Positions 13,666 through 27,994 of a DNA stretch of 64,000 bases are shown one piece after another. The notes beneath the pieces were generated by a model. It did no database searches. It was not told the DNA's origin and saw only the letters and a program-made list of their open reading frames with translations. The position numbers and the translations under genes are program-made. Numbering within the stretch: the first letter of the stretch is position 1; every line of letters begins with the position of its first letter. The DNA is from Tubiluchus corallicola (Eukaryota > Animalia > Priapulida). Location of the stretch: NCBI GenBank assembly GCA_030141605.1, contig JAQGDQ010000283.1:1-64000 (forward strand), written 5' to 3'.

Positions 13666-14742
13666 AATGCTATCCATCCACCAATGACCAGTGCTGCGCA
13701 CACTTTCCACATATTATTCCTGCAGTGTCCGCAGGTGTACCTTGGGTGCTTTACTACTTTAAAGGTTGATTCCATTTTTTTAGATTTTACACGCAAAAAT
13801 CCCGAGTCTATGCGTCACTCACAGATGTTTTTCATTTATCAATAAAAGTAATCTACAAACAGAAGCCGCGTGCAAAGGAAAAATTTCGTCATTGTGCCAC
13901 AGTTCTGATGCAATTAGGCGTTGACAACATAATAAATGCACGGAATGCATTACTATAACCAAATGTATATATAATTAATGTACTATACTTGCTGATTCAC
14001 GTACTTTATCGATTTGTCGGTTCAGGTAAGTATAAGTGGACACGTCTTTACTTTTCAACATAGCGTAATTGACGCAATTTGCTGTAATTTGGGCCTTTTG
14101 CGCTTTGGGGGAGGGTCCTTTCATAAGCTTGCAATTATTACAGTTAAACTAGTCTAGATATGACGAGAATATCACCCTGACAAGGTAAGTACGACGTCGT
14201 AGTGTACAAAAACAAATACGCCATGTAAACACAATTTAGGCATTATATAGACCTATTTTAAATAGTTAACTAAATACCTAAATTTAGATACAGGGTAAAA
14301 TGGGGAAAATGACGGACAAAACTGGCTTTTTTCGGGTTTCTTTCTATAGTGTACAATTTTCTTGGAATGTCTGATAAAAGAAAACCATATTATTAATGAA
14401 TCTGGGAAAAAGGGGAAACGGGCAGCTGCATGAAATGCAAAACACTGGGATAATTAAACACTTTCTTATGTCATTTCAAAAAATGGGGTAATGTCGGGTA
14501 CTCGCAGTGTTGGACAGTTGTGAGCAACATTTTTTGTAACAAAAAAGCAATAAACCTTTTTTGCTCGATCTTGTTATTTGTATTTACCCACCGAAAACAA
14601 CATAGCATGCAAACTGAAAACATGGTTATCACATGATGACGCCATCCATTTTCAGTTCGGCTTCATTTTTGAAACCACCGTTTCCCCTATGTGTTGTACC
14701 CCTCTGCGGAGTCATTTCAGATAAGCTTAACCAGTTTTTGCT

Positions 14743-16185
14743 GGCGCGTGGTAAGTTTGGTACAGGCAAGTTTGGTTCTGGTAATTTTGGTACAAGGAAA
14801 GTTTGATACCGGGAAAATTTGGTACTAGAAATTTTTGGTAAAGGCAAATTTTAGTACTGGGAAAACTTGGTAAAGAGAAAATTGGGAAAATTTGGTACTA
14901 GCAAAATTCGATACAGACAAAGTTTGATACAAGGAAAGTTTGGTACTGTGAAGATATATATTCTTACATAACCTTCTCGAAAAAAGTTATAGAGGCTCAT
15001 ATTGTTGCATTTGTTTTTATTTGTTTTTTAACTCGTTTGTTTGTTTGTCTGTTTTTGTTATTTGTCATTTTGTTATCGTTTTTCTGTTTCTTACTCGCAC
15101 TTTTGTTATAATTGTTACCACCACCATCATCATCACTGTCATCATCATCATCTTCATCATCTTTATCATCACCATCCTTATCATCATCATTATCATCATT
15201 GTCATCATGTCATCATTGTTACTTTTGTCATTTTGTTGCTGTTATTACTGTTGTTGTGCTACAGTCGATGATTTCGTTGTTGTTGTTGCTGCTGCTGTTG
15301 CTGATGTTATTGTTATTTTTGTTGTATATGTTATTTCTTGCTTGTTTGCTGCTTTTGTTGTCCTCATTCTCATCATTATCATCATCATCGTCGTCGTCAT
15401 CATCATCATCCTCATCATCATCATCATGATCGTTACATCATCGTCATCCTCATCGTCACCATCATCATTGCCAATATTACCACCGTATCTCTCTATTTAT
15501 TATCATGTTAACGGCAATAAAATGAAAATCAGTAGCAGCAGCAACAATACATCAACAAGAACCAGTGGCAATTTTAATGACAATGGCATTTATGATCTTG
15601 ATGATGACACACAATCTTTGCTACAGCCCACTACGTCGTGACCACATTACACCACCATCGTCGCCACTGCCAGCAGCAGCAATAGTAGGAGCATCAAGAA
15701 TAACGATTCCCACACCATACTGTGGGCCGCGCGGGAAATCAAACTATGCTCATGCGGGACATTTTCTCCAGTGATATTACTGGCCATCACTCCCTGTTCT
15801 AATCTCAGCCTGATGAGTTTTGTAAAAAAAAAACAGAAAAGTGATCATTGTTCCCAAAAAAAAAAAAAATTGACCGAGCTTTTTGAAAAATTGCATGGTG
15901 AGTTGGAGAACTTTCAGACTTAGCTGAAGGATTCTCGAATGTGCCTACGTCTGTGTGATAACCACTGATAAAATTTTAACTGCCACGCATTGTTAATTAT
16001 GATGTTTTATGAGTTTTTGAATAAACCAAACTTTCATAGTTCCAAACACCAGTTGAATCGATTATTTTGTACTGAGATATAGGAATGCTTTCTTTTTCGT
16101 TTAGCACCAAATTTTCCAGTTCCAAATTTTCCTAGAACCAATTTTACCTGTACCAAACTTACTGGTGCCGAACTTTACTACATTC
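14743..16185. mobile_element. Mutator/foldback-like non-autonomous element nested in the pogo-like element
   Basis: Exact 9-bp direct repeat GTTTTTGCT at 14734-14742 and 16186-16194. The ends are inverted arrays of 15-16-bp units (AAGTTTGGTACAGG-like on the left, CCTGTACCAAACTT on the right). Confidence 0.75.
15110..15480. repeat. Compound degenerate (CAT)n/(GTT)n microsatellite inside the nested element
   Basis: Seen directly; it explains the poly-I, poly-H, poly-S and poly-M pseudo-ORFs. Confidence 0.9.
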
Positions 16186-17769
16186 GTTTTTGCTACATGG
16201 TCAGATTTTATACACCAACGCTAAACGCCTTAATTATACTGCACAAGTATTTTATCTTGTGTTACAGACTTAGTTGATAACTTGTTATCTAAATTCTGCG
16301 TTAAGTTTTAATATTTTCATTTGTCATATTTTTTAAAAAGCATAAATCCTTGCATCATTGCATTTGATCAAAGCTCTACTGCTGAAGTTTTCCTCTTTTT
16401 GCATTCCTGGTCTTTAAGTTTTTCTTTGCAGCCGTTTCGATAACGGTTTCTACCCTATTTTTCTAAAGCGATTAAAATCATGTTATTTTTACATTTTGTC
16501 TCACATGGCCGAAAAACTATGTTATTTACCTAATTTAGGTCAAAACCGGATACAAAAATTCAATTGTCCGACATTAGCCTAAGCCTTTGGGTGAGTGAGT
16601 GAGTTGTATAATAAACAAACATATGGTGCTTTACACAGTGTGTCATGAAAGCATCAGGGAAGAAGTAACTTGCAAATTAAACCATTTCTGAAGAGGATAC
16701 TAAGTAATTAATGTGTCAGGTCTGTTTATCAGAAAACCAAAAAAGTTAATAAGAATAAACGTACTCACTCTATGCTCACGACCATAAGGTTGCTAGAAGA
16801 CGAACTTCTAGGCAATGGTGAACATGCCAGGCTAAAGATGTGATGTGGCAATATTAACAATGAAAAGGAAAAACAACGTCCGGGTAATTTAATCAGTTTT
16901 AGGAAAACGTAAAACTTATTGTCCGACATTACCCCATTTTGCCCTTGTTAATAATTATCTAATATACTACATAAGCCTGCAGATTAATATGTGAATTCTC
17001 CAGCTTCGGAAATCCGCGATATTAGTTTATAAATCGAAAAAAATGCAAAAGTAAGTCAGTTTTGAAACAAAATCTGTGGCAACACGTTATTCTGTGGCTT
17101 CCAACTAATTCCCTGGTATTTAGAATTTAAGAAAATTACATTTACATCATTTATCCACACATCTTCCGGCCTCTAAGTCTATATAATAAAACCAAATTTT
17201 GTGCAATGCGCAAAAGAAAAGCTTATATTAGATGATGATTAAATTGGGCAAGTGGCATAGTCAGTAGCGTGAGCGTATATGTGCGTTTAGCAACTAAAGT
17301 TAAGTAGCACTGAGCCTGCTTAGCTGGCTACTAGATAGTCATTGCTGAACGGTTTCATCTGCCATCCTATTTCCTGCTATGCATCTCGTTGCTCGTTAAG
17401 AGAAGTATATAGGCTGAACACACCTAAAACAACTCCGACTGCTCAGTCTCATTTATAAGACTACCTTGATGAAGAGCTAGATGCGAGTCCTGCTACTACA
17501 GTTAATACAATAAGTAGGCCGCCCGGCGAGTGCTGAAAACATTGCCTTGCAATGCATTGCATGTAAAAATTTACGTTCAATAGCTAAGCGCATTTTCTTC
17601 ACATTTCTGTGACGCAAGTGTTACGATTAATTTTTGATAAGCTGCTCTGGCTCCACCAAAGCCAGAACGTCCCACGGACCTACAGTAAACACAAGTCAGT
17701 GTAAAAAGTGCAAGGCATTGTACGTCAGAACCTGCCTGTATAAATAAATAGACTTTTATTTATACTAAC

Positions 17770-18050
17770 TAATTAGACAGACAGATAGATGTATAAGTAG
17801 ACAGACAGGTAGACAATTGGGTAGATAGGCAGACAGAAGTAGGTAGATAAGTGGGTGGGTAAGTAGATAAGCAGGTGCGTATGTAAGTAGATGGATTAGT
17901 CGATTTGTTAGTCAGTTGGTAGGATAGGTCGGTCAGTCGGCCTGTCGGTCGTTGGGTGGTTGTTTGGTTGATTGGTTGGTTCATTGATTGGCTTTTTGGT
18001 TGGTTGGTTGATTGGTTGGTTGGTTGGTTGTTTGGTGGACAAGCAGACAG
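17770..18050. repeat. Degenerate tetranucleotide array (GATA/GACA/GGTT)
   Basis: Seen directly in the sequence. Confidence 0.85.
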
Positions 18051-20574
18051 GCGTAAAAACAGGTACACATACACATAAATAGAACTTACTAAAACACGCT
18101 ATAACAAAGATTAACAATATTGCGACAGCAATATAGAGGAGCGAGGTATTTTCCGAGCACAAGTTAGAACAACGATATTCAATTTATAATTAATATATAA
18201 TTTTCTATTCAAATTTAAACCTATTAGAGACATAATTATAATCATAGCTATAGCTTGAAAGAAGATTTATGTGCTGCATAGTAACATTTACCAGAAATAA
18301 TAACTCTAGGAGAAACTACTATCTTGCGCAGTTTATCATGTCGTTCCTTTATCAAGGAAAGTAAAATAAGATCGTGTTTCTGATCCGTTTACGCACGCAC
18401 AGTAGATGCGCGCAGATGCAGAACAATAACTGCTGCTGCCTTTCTCTGGCGATTTTTAATCAGGAAAATGATTGAGGGGGGCGGGCTTCTACACGTATTT
18501 TATATGTAGTCGATTTTCACTTGCTTGTAAGCTCCTAACAAAGAAAAAGATGCTAATAAAGCATAAGAGGTTTATACCTTAATCACAGCCAATGACCGCT
18601 AAAGTGAATAAGATGCTGCGTTCACAGTTTCGCATAAGAAGATTCAAATGTTTTATAACAAAACAGTTCAAGTTGTTACTTGAAGAAACGTACAACACTT
18701 TTTACTATTCACTCAAACTGAATTCGTCAAAATCGCAATCCCGCTAATTATCTACTGTTTGAAATTGAATTGTCTAATGTCTATTGCAACGAAAAAAACG
18801 CAAGAGCTGCGCCCGTAAATTTGCAAGAACCTCTAGACTGGGATTGCACAATTTATAAATACCAGTCAATTTTGTGATAAAAAAATCATTAAGTTCCTTT
18901 CTGGCTTTGGTAAAGACAATTTTCTGCGAACAGGTAGTAAATGTCAATAATATGTGATTATATGAGAGATTTTATACCATAATAACTTGTCAAGTAATTA
19001 AAGCATTATAAACGTATTATTTTAAATGTGGTTTTATGACTGAGTTTAACAACATTTTTACACTGTAAAGCTTCCTACTAATAGAATGATATTATCATGC
19101 ATATGCATATAATTTTAAGTAAATAATAATAAAAATCAATAATAATTTTGAAAGGACATTACGCATTTTAGAAGCTGTTCAAGTATAAAAGTTTAATGCG
19201 TTTAATGCATTATTTCCGAATTGTAATTAGGCCAATTGTTTTATCAAATGAAGTGTAACATTAATTGTGATGCCCATCATTGTGTTATAAACATCTTGCA
19301 CTTAGCTCTTGCAGCGTGGAGATACCTGTATCAGACATAACCCGTATTGTAAATCCACTTTAAATAAATAAAGTTTAAACAAACTGTCCATCTTTGATGT
19401 GCAGTAAACGCGGAATCGTAGATTTATAATAAATTAAAAGAAGCAACAACCACTGTTAGGTCTATAATAATGAATAATCACATTTAAAATGAATATACAC
19501 AACCTTCTTTCAATATGGACGTTTTCTCGGTGGTTAGAAAACTGTGAAAATACTCTATTTACCACCTGTCAAACTGCAGATTTCGTTACTGCCCCCCTCC
19601 ATTCTCTTCCCACCTCGTTTATGACTTTCAAGGGCCCTTTGTTATTGCGTACGCCACACAGTTTACTTAATTCGTCTCATCGCAAACTTTCAAAATAATG
19701 ATTATGTTTTCAATTTCAACTGATATTATTTTAGATAATTAAGACTAAAATTATGATTATGATTATGAAGTATCATATTGTCATGTTTCCATTAATTAAA
19801 ATTTTAGTTCTTGTAAAGCTTCTTAACATTATGTTATCCTAAACAAAATATATTTAGCCTAATGCATATTCCAATATGTACAGTTTCGCAGAACATCGCA
19901 CTTTTTGCCGTGGATTTTGTTTATTGTGTAAATGTTGGAAACTTGCGACCGAAGATAATGTCTTTAGAAATCTTAAGCCGCCTTTTCTTTTCCCAAAATT
20001 TGACACAGCAATGATAATATGATAATGGAAAGAAATGTTGGCACACTAGCACACAATACGACAGAATTAAACAACACGTTTGTAGTTCTTATGTCTGTAA
20101 CCATAGTGACATATTTTCACGAAAATTCTTAAAAGTAAGCCGGTTCGATCCACGCATGGAACAGAATTTGACTTTAACTGACTGTTAGTGCTACTCTTTT
20201 AAGTAACACGTATTCTGGCATATGCCTTGGCTATCTTTTTGCTCGTTACATACATGTATCATTTATAAAAAGGGAAAATTTAATGGGCTTCGAAAAATTG
20301 GTGATCAGTTTATTACATTAATTACATTAATCCGTTTCACTGCTCTCGTAAACTTTCTGCGAGTCTGCAATATAACGCTTTCGACTATTTAAACCAATAG
20401 AGTCTTATATTGATTTACTGGTACAACATTTATTACCTTAAGTTAACTTTTTGTTCGTAAGATAACAAAAAAGACAACCGAGCACTAATTAAGCCATTAA
20501 AGTTTTCAAGACACTGTTTATAGTATATGAAATTTATTGGCACATCCTATATGATCTTTTACATCATGTTTTAG

Positions 20575-20709
20575 AACCATTACCGATGAGACTAAGGGCA
20601 CTCCCTCAGTCCTTCTGGCAGCAACCAAACGTGGCCAACAGCATTTCACCAGGAAACGTTTATCCCGTCCTACCACCTCTTGTGGTAAAAGCCGACAACA
20701 CAACTGACG
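20575..20709 (+). CDS. Gene A coding exon 3, containing the YAP/FAM181/PERCC1-like TEAD-binding omega-loop motif (EPLPMRLRALPQSFWQQPN...)
   Basis: Acceptor gttttag|AA, donor GACG|GTATGT, 135 nt, phase 1-1. The translation aligns by eye with YAP PMRLRKLPDSFFKPP. Not in the supplied ORF track. Confidence 0.85.
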
Positions 20710-20745
20710 GTATGTATATTCCTGCAGCAACTTGATTTTTATTAT

Positions 20746-20760
20746 TGATGATGTTGGTGG

Positions 20761-20827
<67 letters not shown>
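20746..20827. repeat. (GAT)n microsatellite in intron 3 of gene A
   Basis: Seen directly in the sequence. Confidence 0.95.
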
Positions 20828-20829
<2 letters not shown>

Positions 20830-21178
20830 CAGGTGCATGACGATTATGATGTATAATAATAATAATTTTGATAACTACTTTCATTACTGCAATCGCAGTG
20901 ATGACAACATTAATTAGGACAAGCACAAAAATACAATATGTTGAGATGTTTAATAATGAAAAAATATTAGAAGAAAAGGAACAAAAATAATCTGAATGAT
21001 ATTCTTCGTGAAAGTAACAGAAGTCTGCAAGCATCATCATTGCCATAGTCGTTGTTACCTCGCTGCTTTTCCACTAATGTTGTAGAAGTTATGAGAGTTG
21101 GGGCAACGGGATTCACTGTTTGATTTCAAGTAACAAGTTGCTTTTGAATATTAAAAATTTTAATTTTTGAATTTTCAG

Positions 21179-21353
21179 AAGTTCGTCCAGTCACTCCTCC
21201 CGATGAACGAGAAGCACAGGAAAAGGGCATCAAACTCAGCAAACGTCTAGAGCGCAAGGTGATATCCACAACTCCAAACACAGATCTGCTTTTCAGTTTA
21301 TTTGATGCTATAGAAGGCAAAGACAAGAAATTGTCTCAAGTTAAAAGAGGAAG
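21179..21353 (+). CDS. Gene A coding exon 4 (EVRPVTPPDEREAQEKG...NTDLLFSLFDAIEGKDKKLSQVKRGR)
   Basis: Acceptor attttcag|AA, donor GGAAG|GTAAAC, 175 nt open, phase 1 to phase 2, compatible with both neighbouring exons. Confidence 0.85.
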
Positions 21354-21495
21354 GTAAACATGACTCTAACATTTTGCATTTGTTAGATTTGCTCTCCAAT
21401 CTTATCTATGCACAGTAAAACTTGTTTGCATTTGCTTCATAAAGCAACTGCTCAAGTTAATTAAATTCAGCACTTGCATTTAGCCACTTCAAGGT

Positions 21496-21680
21496 CTCTC
21501 TCCCTCTCTTTCTCCCTCTCTCTCTCTCTCTCCTTCTCTCTCTCTCTCCCTCTCTCTCTCTCTTTCTCACTCTCTGTCTCTCTTGCTTTCTTGTCTTATC
21601 TCCTTCTCCTTCTTTCCTCTCCTCTTATTTCCTCCTCTCCTGTCTTCTTCTCAGCCTCTTCTCCTCTATTCTCTTCTTCT
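21496..21680. repeat. CT-rich degenerate microsatellite in intron 4 of gene A
   Basis: Seen directly in the sequence. Confidence 0.9.
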
Positions 21681-21779
21681 CGGTCTGTTATTGCTCGTCT
21701 CTATATTTTACATTTGTCTTTTAGCATACGCAGATACCATTGCCACTGTGACCATTCGCACTGAAAATTTTATTTCCAG

Positions 21780-22014
21780 ACCCAAAAAGATTTCTCCTCC
21801 GTCAAGCATGCCCTCATTGAGATCAGATGATCCTCTAATATTCGATGCAATACAGAAGTTTCCTCAGCTCAGCGTAGAAAAGGCGGCAACTGCAGGAAAC
21901 CAAACACTGGCAGTAGTTTCCATTCAAGAAGGTGAAAGGTCTGTTACTTTACCTCAACTCAAGCAGGAAAGTAACCTTTCAGATACATTGGCAGAACTAG
22001 TGGCGAAGTTGTGA
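21780..22014 (+). CDS. Gene A terminal coding exon (completes AT-hook KRGRPKK; ends ...LSDTLAELVAKL*)
   Basis: Acceptor ttatttccag|A is phase 2. It is the 3' part of ORF 21583..22014 with stop TGA at 22012-22014. The spliced CDS totals 1422 nt = 473 aa plus stop. Confidence 0.85.
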
Positions 22015-25000
22015 ATCTTCTACAAGGTGCTCACCATTAGAATTTGTTTTATAAAGGGTCATTATATCCGAATCGTTTCGCTTTAGATTCCTAAATTACA
22101 TAATCATTTTGTACTGCAAGCCGTTTTACTCGATGATGATATTAGTTTCTACAACAGGAACCTTTTAGTTCAAGTATGTACTCCATTTCTGGGTAATAAG
22201 CTGAAAAAAATTAAATACTAGCAAAGTATTATCTGTTTAGACACTTGGCATACCCTGTAATTGATCAAAAATACCTTTGAAAATTATGTCTGTGACCAAA
22301 CATTTATAACAGAAACTGAATTTATACTTCATAACAATGCCTAGTCAGCAAAAGCCAAACCGTAATTGCAATTATTTATATTATATCTATATTTGTGTTT
22401 GATTTTTATTATTTTAATTTAGCAATATTGTTGTTTTAAGGATTTTTGTTAAAAAGCTAGTCAAGCTAGTTTATATATTTCCTCTACCTAGAATTTTCAC
22501 ACCAAAGACTCAAAATCTAACGTCAGCTTATGGTTATCATATCATATTCGGCACTTTTTTAAAAACTTCTGCCTTTTTCATTATAAACTTTGTCGTGAAC
22601 AATGATGTTCGTCAGCCACAATAATAATGTTATAGCGCCCAACTGTATTAAGATAAATGCCTATCATATGAGCCAGTATGCTTTTTTCATTTTTAAATCT
22701 ATCTATATGTATTTTAATGGCGCTTTAAACATCCACTGATACCTTGCCTATAATAATGAAACTTTTCTACTACAACACTCGCTAAAATGACTACACGCCT
22801 AAATTCCATGTTATAGTATGCATTCTCGTTGCTAAAAGTAGCAGACTTAACTTCTTAACTTATTTTTAAAAGGTCAGATTAGGTCCATCCTTGCTTAAAA
22901 TCCATCCATATTTTAAAACAGGTTTAACGTCCACTCTGTTTTGCGTCCATTAATACGTTTTTATTATTGTAATTTCTTCTAAAAGCTCAGGTTTATATCC
23001 ATCCATGTTTATTGCACATTTTATGTTGATATTTCAAGTCCATCCAAATTGTGTAAGTACAGGTATAAATCCATCCATTTCGGGACACATTACGTTCGTT
23101 GTCACACTTGTCTTCTACTTAATTACTTATTTTTTGTATATCATCCTCATCGGAAACATATTTTAGTAATACCCTGTCTTTAACCTAGAACAGCAATAAA
23201 TTCTGAGTTATCCAAAAAATTACAATGCTAAACTTTCAAATATTTTATCAACCTGTAATCATTTAAGTGAATCATTACAGTCATGATTTTTATGAAAAGA
23301 CATCTGAAAAATTATATAATAGCTATCAGTTTTTAATATAGTAACCTATAATTTTGCTTATTTAATTATTTTGTATTATCACTGTATATTTTTATTACAC
23401 TTGTAAAAATATCGTTGTTATTGTTATTATAGAATTTTACTGCACTATTTGTAAATGAGCCTGTAAATACTATTACTAAATGTTAATACGTCCTTGAAAA
23501 GTGTACATAGAGTTAAACTACACAAGTTTTAGTCTTGTTAAACGTATGTGTATGCTGGCTAGATGTTCCCAAAGCTGTTAGAATATTATGCAGGTACAGT
23601 TTTAAAATTATTCAAGTTAAGAATTATGAACAAAATAGGGATAATGCATTGTGGGGCTGTATATCTCTGTCACAATATAATGTTGGTTTAGAAACCAATG
23701 TCCAGTCTACCCTATCTCTCTTTAGCATCATGACTGAGTGACACTCAAAGTTGTCGTTCATGTATGTCATGCACTCCTAATGAGTGTGTATGTCTAGACT
23801 GTCATGCTCGAAAAACAGTGGTTTCATCTCGCCAGGAGAAAGTCGTCACTCAAAAGCTATGCAAATTGAATTTCATCGGTATCACCCAAAGCTATCATTC
23901 GTGCGTGTCTACACTATCACTCTAGCATCTTTTGTATGACATCCACTCACGTACACGACGGGGACGCCCGATAGTCTAGACGGGGATTAATTAAATGGTT
24001 GAAAAATCCCATTCATATTTATTTTTAGAACCAAAGTTTGGTAGTATAATTTAAAAACAGACAGTTTCACGTAAATAACTGTCAAAGATGACAAACATTT
24101 TTACTTATACAACCAACACGGACAAAACCGCGCAATTAAGAACTTTTGCGTGGCATATCGTTACTTTTATGTAAAGTTGTAATCAACCTTTGACTATTTT
24201 TCTGTTTATAACCTTATAACACGTAATTTTCTTATGCTGCAAATGTTCGAAACCGAAAACTAGTCATTTGATCGTGTATGTTGATTGTCATGTTAAGGCA
24301 GGTGTCTCGTTATTGTGTAGTTGCACGTTAGTAAAAGCTTTATTGAGTTTTGTATGATGTATTTATTATTATTGTTGTTAGCTTAGCATTTGCTGGGTTC
24401 AGCCCAGCTACGCCCTTTGTCCATCCGTCCACATTTTTTTCCCTGATGTGGTCATATCAATATTTGACGTGACCCAAAGAAGGGCCATTGTACAGGGGTT
24501 CTTCCAGTGAGTTCTGTCTCTGTTACAGAACCTCACATTGCCCAATCCTATCCGTCCGTGTACAAGAGATTGTAAACAGTTTGACAAGTAAATTATCACC
24601 AGTGTGAATTTTATCATTTAGCACTATTTATTCATCGCACTACCTAGTTGTATAGTTTGGATTTTCAGTCTTTGTGCTGAGTTGATAGTTTTAATATTTT
24701 TTGCTTTATTGCTTCGTGTAATATTTATTCTTTTTTGTGTGTGTGCTCACAACCTAATCAAACAAGAGAACATATTAAAAGGAAAATTAAACAAAAACAT
24801 ACAGCAAATTTCGGGCTATGCAAACTCATCAATCAATACAGTAGTTAAACGCTGTTGCTCAATATTCGTGATTATTTTGTCGATAACTAATGAATAATTT
24901 AATGGTGAAGTACAATGTGCGCAATTATTCAGTGTTGCCATATTGCGAGTCACAGCTATAATTAATGTTCGAAATATTACTCACTTAATGTGATTCACAA

Positions 25001-27994
25001 AATTGTAATATGAAACGTGTTCGAAATTCCCAATGTGAATTTCATACTTAAAGGTCAAATTACAATTAATTAATCAATCAGTCAATCAATTAATCAGTTA
25101 TGTCATTTTGTGATTAGTTTAAAGATGCTGGTATAATTGTCTAAACTAGTGATTAAAAGAAAAATTGAAATTTATAACAGACTCCAGATTCGAACTTCAA
25201 GAACACGCAAGTTGCTTCTTATGTTCAAAGAAGAGCAGAATTCTGGCGCACAGTCAAGAAATACTACGAACTTTAACTGAAAAATTAAACAAGCAGTTAA
25301 TAGTTGAATAATAATAATGAACTCTATATAATACTCTTTCAAAAATAGCGCGTTCCGTAAATTTTTGTCTCTTTGTTTTGTTTTTTATATAAAGAAATAA
25401 ACATTTTCATTTAAAGGCACCTTATAAAATGCCTAATGTATATCATAATAGCATGTTTCAAATGACCACCTTCTACATCAAATACAAAGGCCTAATTCAG
25501 TCGTAATAAATATAATGTTCATTAAGTACACAGGTTAACAAAGTTTTAACAGTCGAAGGTACAAATTAACTAAAATTATCATTTAGCACACTTAATAATA
25601 AATATACATTTTTTATACCATCTAATCTTACAAATTTACAATTCAGTGTGTTTCGTACGTCTGTATGTATTTAGGTGATTATATAATTCGACTTTTTGAC
25701 ACGTTGTATGTTTTTAAAGTGCTCTTGTTATTGTGTGTTATAATCTATCTTTCACAATAAACTTTGGATTTGTAAAAAGCACAGTAGCTAGAAAGAATGA
25801 ATTATTATTAGTTGTTATGTCATAATTAGCTGTCAAATATGTTCTTGGCGTAAATGAGGTTTTATGTGCATTTTTCTGTATTCAACGTTCTTTGGGTCAC
25901 TGACGTGAGTAAATCGACGGCTTTACTTAAAAAATTAATAGCCGGCTCAGTTTTTTAAATGTACAATCTCATAAGCTGCCAAACCATGTGTAACATTAAT
26001 AGACCGATTGCTTCTATAAATTTCCCCAGTTACTACTCCAAATAACTCGCTTTGTGGCATGGAGCCTTAAAGCAAAATTAGTAGGCCTAATTTATCTTCA
26101 CTTCTTTCCAAGTAATAGCCTAATAACAAATTAGACAATGAATTGTGTGACAAGCTGCAAGGCTTATCCGGCGTTCATTACTCATTCATGTACGTCGGAT
26201 CTCCTTTGTACATAATTAATTACGAGCTGTCTGTTGACTCAGATGTATGGTATAAAGTTCATGACCGCATTTCTTGTATAAGAAATAAATATTAAAATTT
26301 TGTTAACTTTGAATGCAAAATATGTTTTGCGCTATCGCTTGTAAGCGAACAGGTTGTGTGTGACAGTAGTTTTATCTTACTAATTAGACCTACCGCATAG
26401 AACTTTGTAATGACAGTTGTAACTTGCATAAACCTTAATCGTAAAAACATTGTACAAGGTTTTAAAGTAAAATTTATGAAATGTAACAAGATTGTGTTAT
26501 CTATGGTTTTAAAATGATAAAATTCAGTTTATGATTTTACACATATAGTAATTCCTTGTGCCTTTAAATGTCAAATTATGCAGGCCTACACTACGTAGCT
26601 AAACGAATTGTGAATTAAATAAATTTTAAATTAAACACTAAACGTGCTTTTAAAAACAGTTAATCCGTATCGATATCAGATAACCTGACTCGAATTTTCC
26701 TAGTTAAAATACAGGCTAGTTCAATCGTTTTACATTTCAGTTTTTAGACAGTAGAATTTCTTCATTAAAATTTTTGCTTCGCGGATTAGTTGCATTTATT
26801 TGCTTCTATGTAATCCTACTACGCGAACATTGAAAACTAAAATTCCCAAATCGATAATGACTGTAAAATAAGGAACGAATCGAAAAACCTCGCAGCCTCA
26901 TTAGCAGAGCATTCGCGCATACACATCAGTCATGAACTCAATGCTTTAAGCATGCTAATTTGTTACCAAATTGAAGTTAAAGGTGCGACATCAAAAGGAG
27001 CATGTGCTTTACACACAACGATAATGTTGTAGTTGTGAATCACATGAGGAATAGTGTTTTGCCCTTTAATTGCTACTGTTACCAGGATCAGTTCATCGTT
27101 TAATGACTCTTCGAAGTTAATTTTCTTTCTGGTTTTGTGCAATCTAATCATCTTATTGTGATAGCTTGTATAACTGAGTGAGACCGAAAGTTCCGATTAA
27201 CATTTCTTTTAAAGTCTTTTAAAGTCCGATAAGCCTCAAGTTACAAGGTGTGCTTACAGTAAGTATTTCTTCTTGCAAATACATAATAAAAAGGAAAGGC
27301 GTTCACGTACTGTTTATTGTTCATGAGATGTAAAAACTTCCAAGTTGCAGCAACATCACAGTGTCTCATGCACTCATGGCTTGTGGTTGTACCCCTAACA
27401 GTGGTCTTCAGTTATATATTGTTCATGAGAATCTCTGCCTCTATGCATAAATAGTACCAGCAAACAAAAAGGAAAACGCACGTCTGTTGCGCTGTGACTT
27501 CCAGCGCACAACAACAACCATTTCTGATCAATTGCTGACATAAAAACTGCATTACATTTTATACAATAAGTTTATTATGTCACAACCACTAATGAACACA
27601 TAGCCGACTGGCACGCGACTGAAATTGCTGAGTCACGCAACGGAAAAACGATTTCTTTGCAACGCTGTCTTGCACAATACATGGGGGCGGTATGGTAAGC
27701 ATAGAAACGTCAAGTAAAATCCTTGTCATGACCTATGTTAGAGCTGCATTAGTTAAACAATAATTACATCATTAGAAATAAAAGTGGATCAAGAAGTGGT
27801 TCTTGAGGTACACCTGTAGTAAGTTTCTAAATTCAGTAAACTGTTTTCTGATAAATAACTAAACAAAAGTGAGGCAGATCTCTCTGTGAGGCAATAGTAT
27901 TTAAGCTTGTAAAGAGAAATCTAAACTATCAAGTGTTTACTGAAGTCCATATACACAGTAATACATACATACATACATACATATATATATATAT

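Larger units (their letters stand above)
14291..16947. mobile_element. Non-autonomous Tc1/mariner-pogo-like DNA transposon with about 29-bp terminal inverted repeats
   Basis: Left end TA|CAGGGTAAAATGGGGAAAATGACGGACAA; the right end reverse-complements to CAAGGGCAAAATGGGGTAATGTCGGACAA. Internal copies of the TIR core lie at about 14480 and 16564. No transposase ORF seen. Confidence 0.7.

Noticed and set aside
14629-14847. ORF with PNLP repeats
   Set aside because: It is the translation of the 15-bp terminal subrepeats of the foldback-like element.
15021-15641. 206-aa hydrophobic ORF and overlapping poly-H, poly-S and poly-M ORFs
   Set aside because: They are trinucleotide microsatellite inside a non-autonomous transposon, open in several frames only because the repeats lack stops.
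20140-20160. GGTTCGATCC B-box-like motif suggesting a tRNA
   Set aside because: No A-box or cloverleaf can be built around it.
20518-21046. Poly-S, poly-I and poly-D ORFs
   Set aside because: They come from the (GAT)n repeat and the antisense strand of the real exon at 20575-20709.
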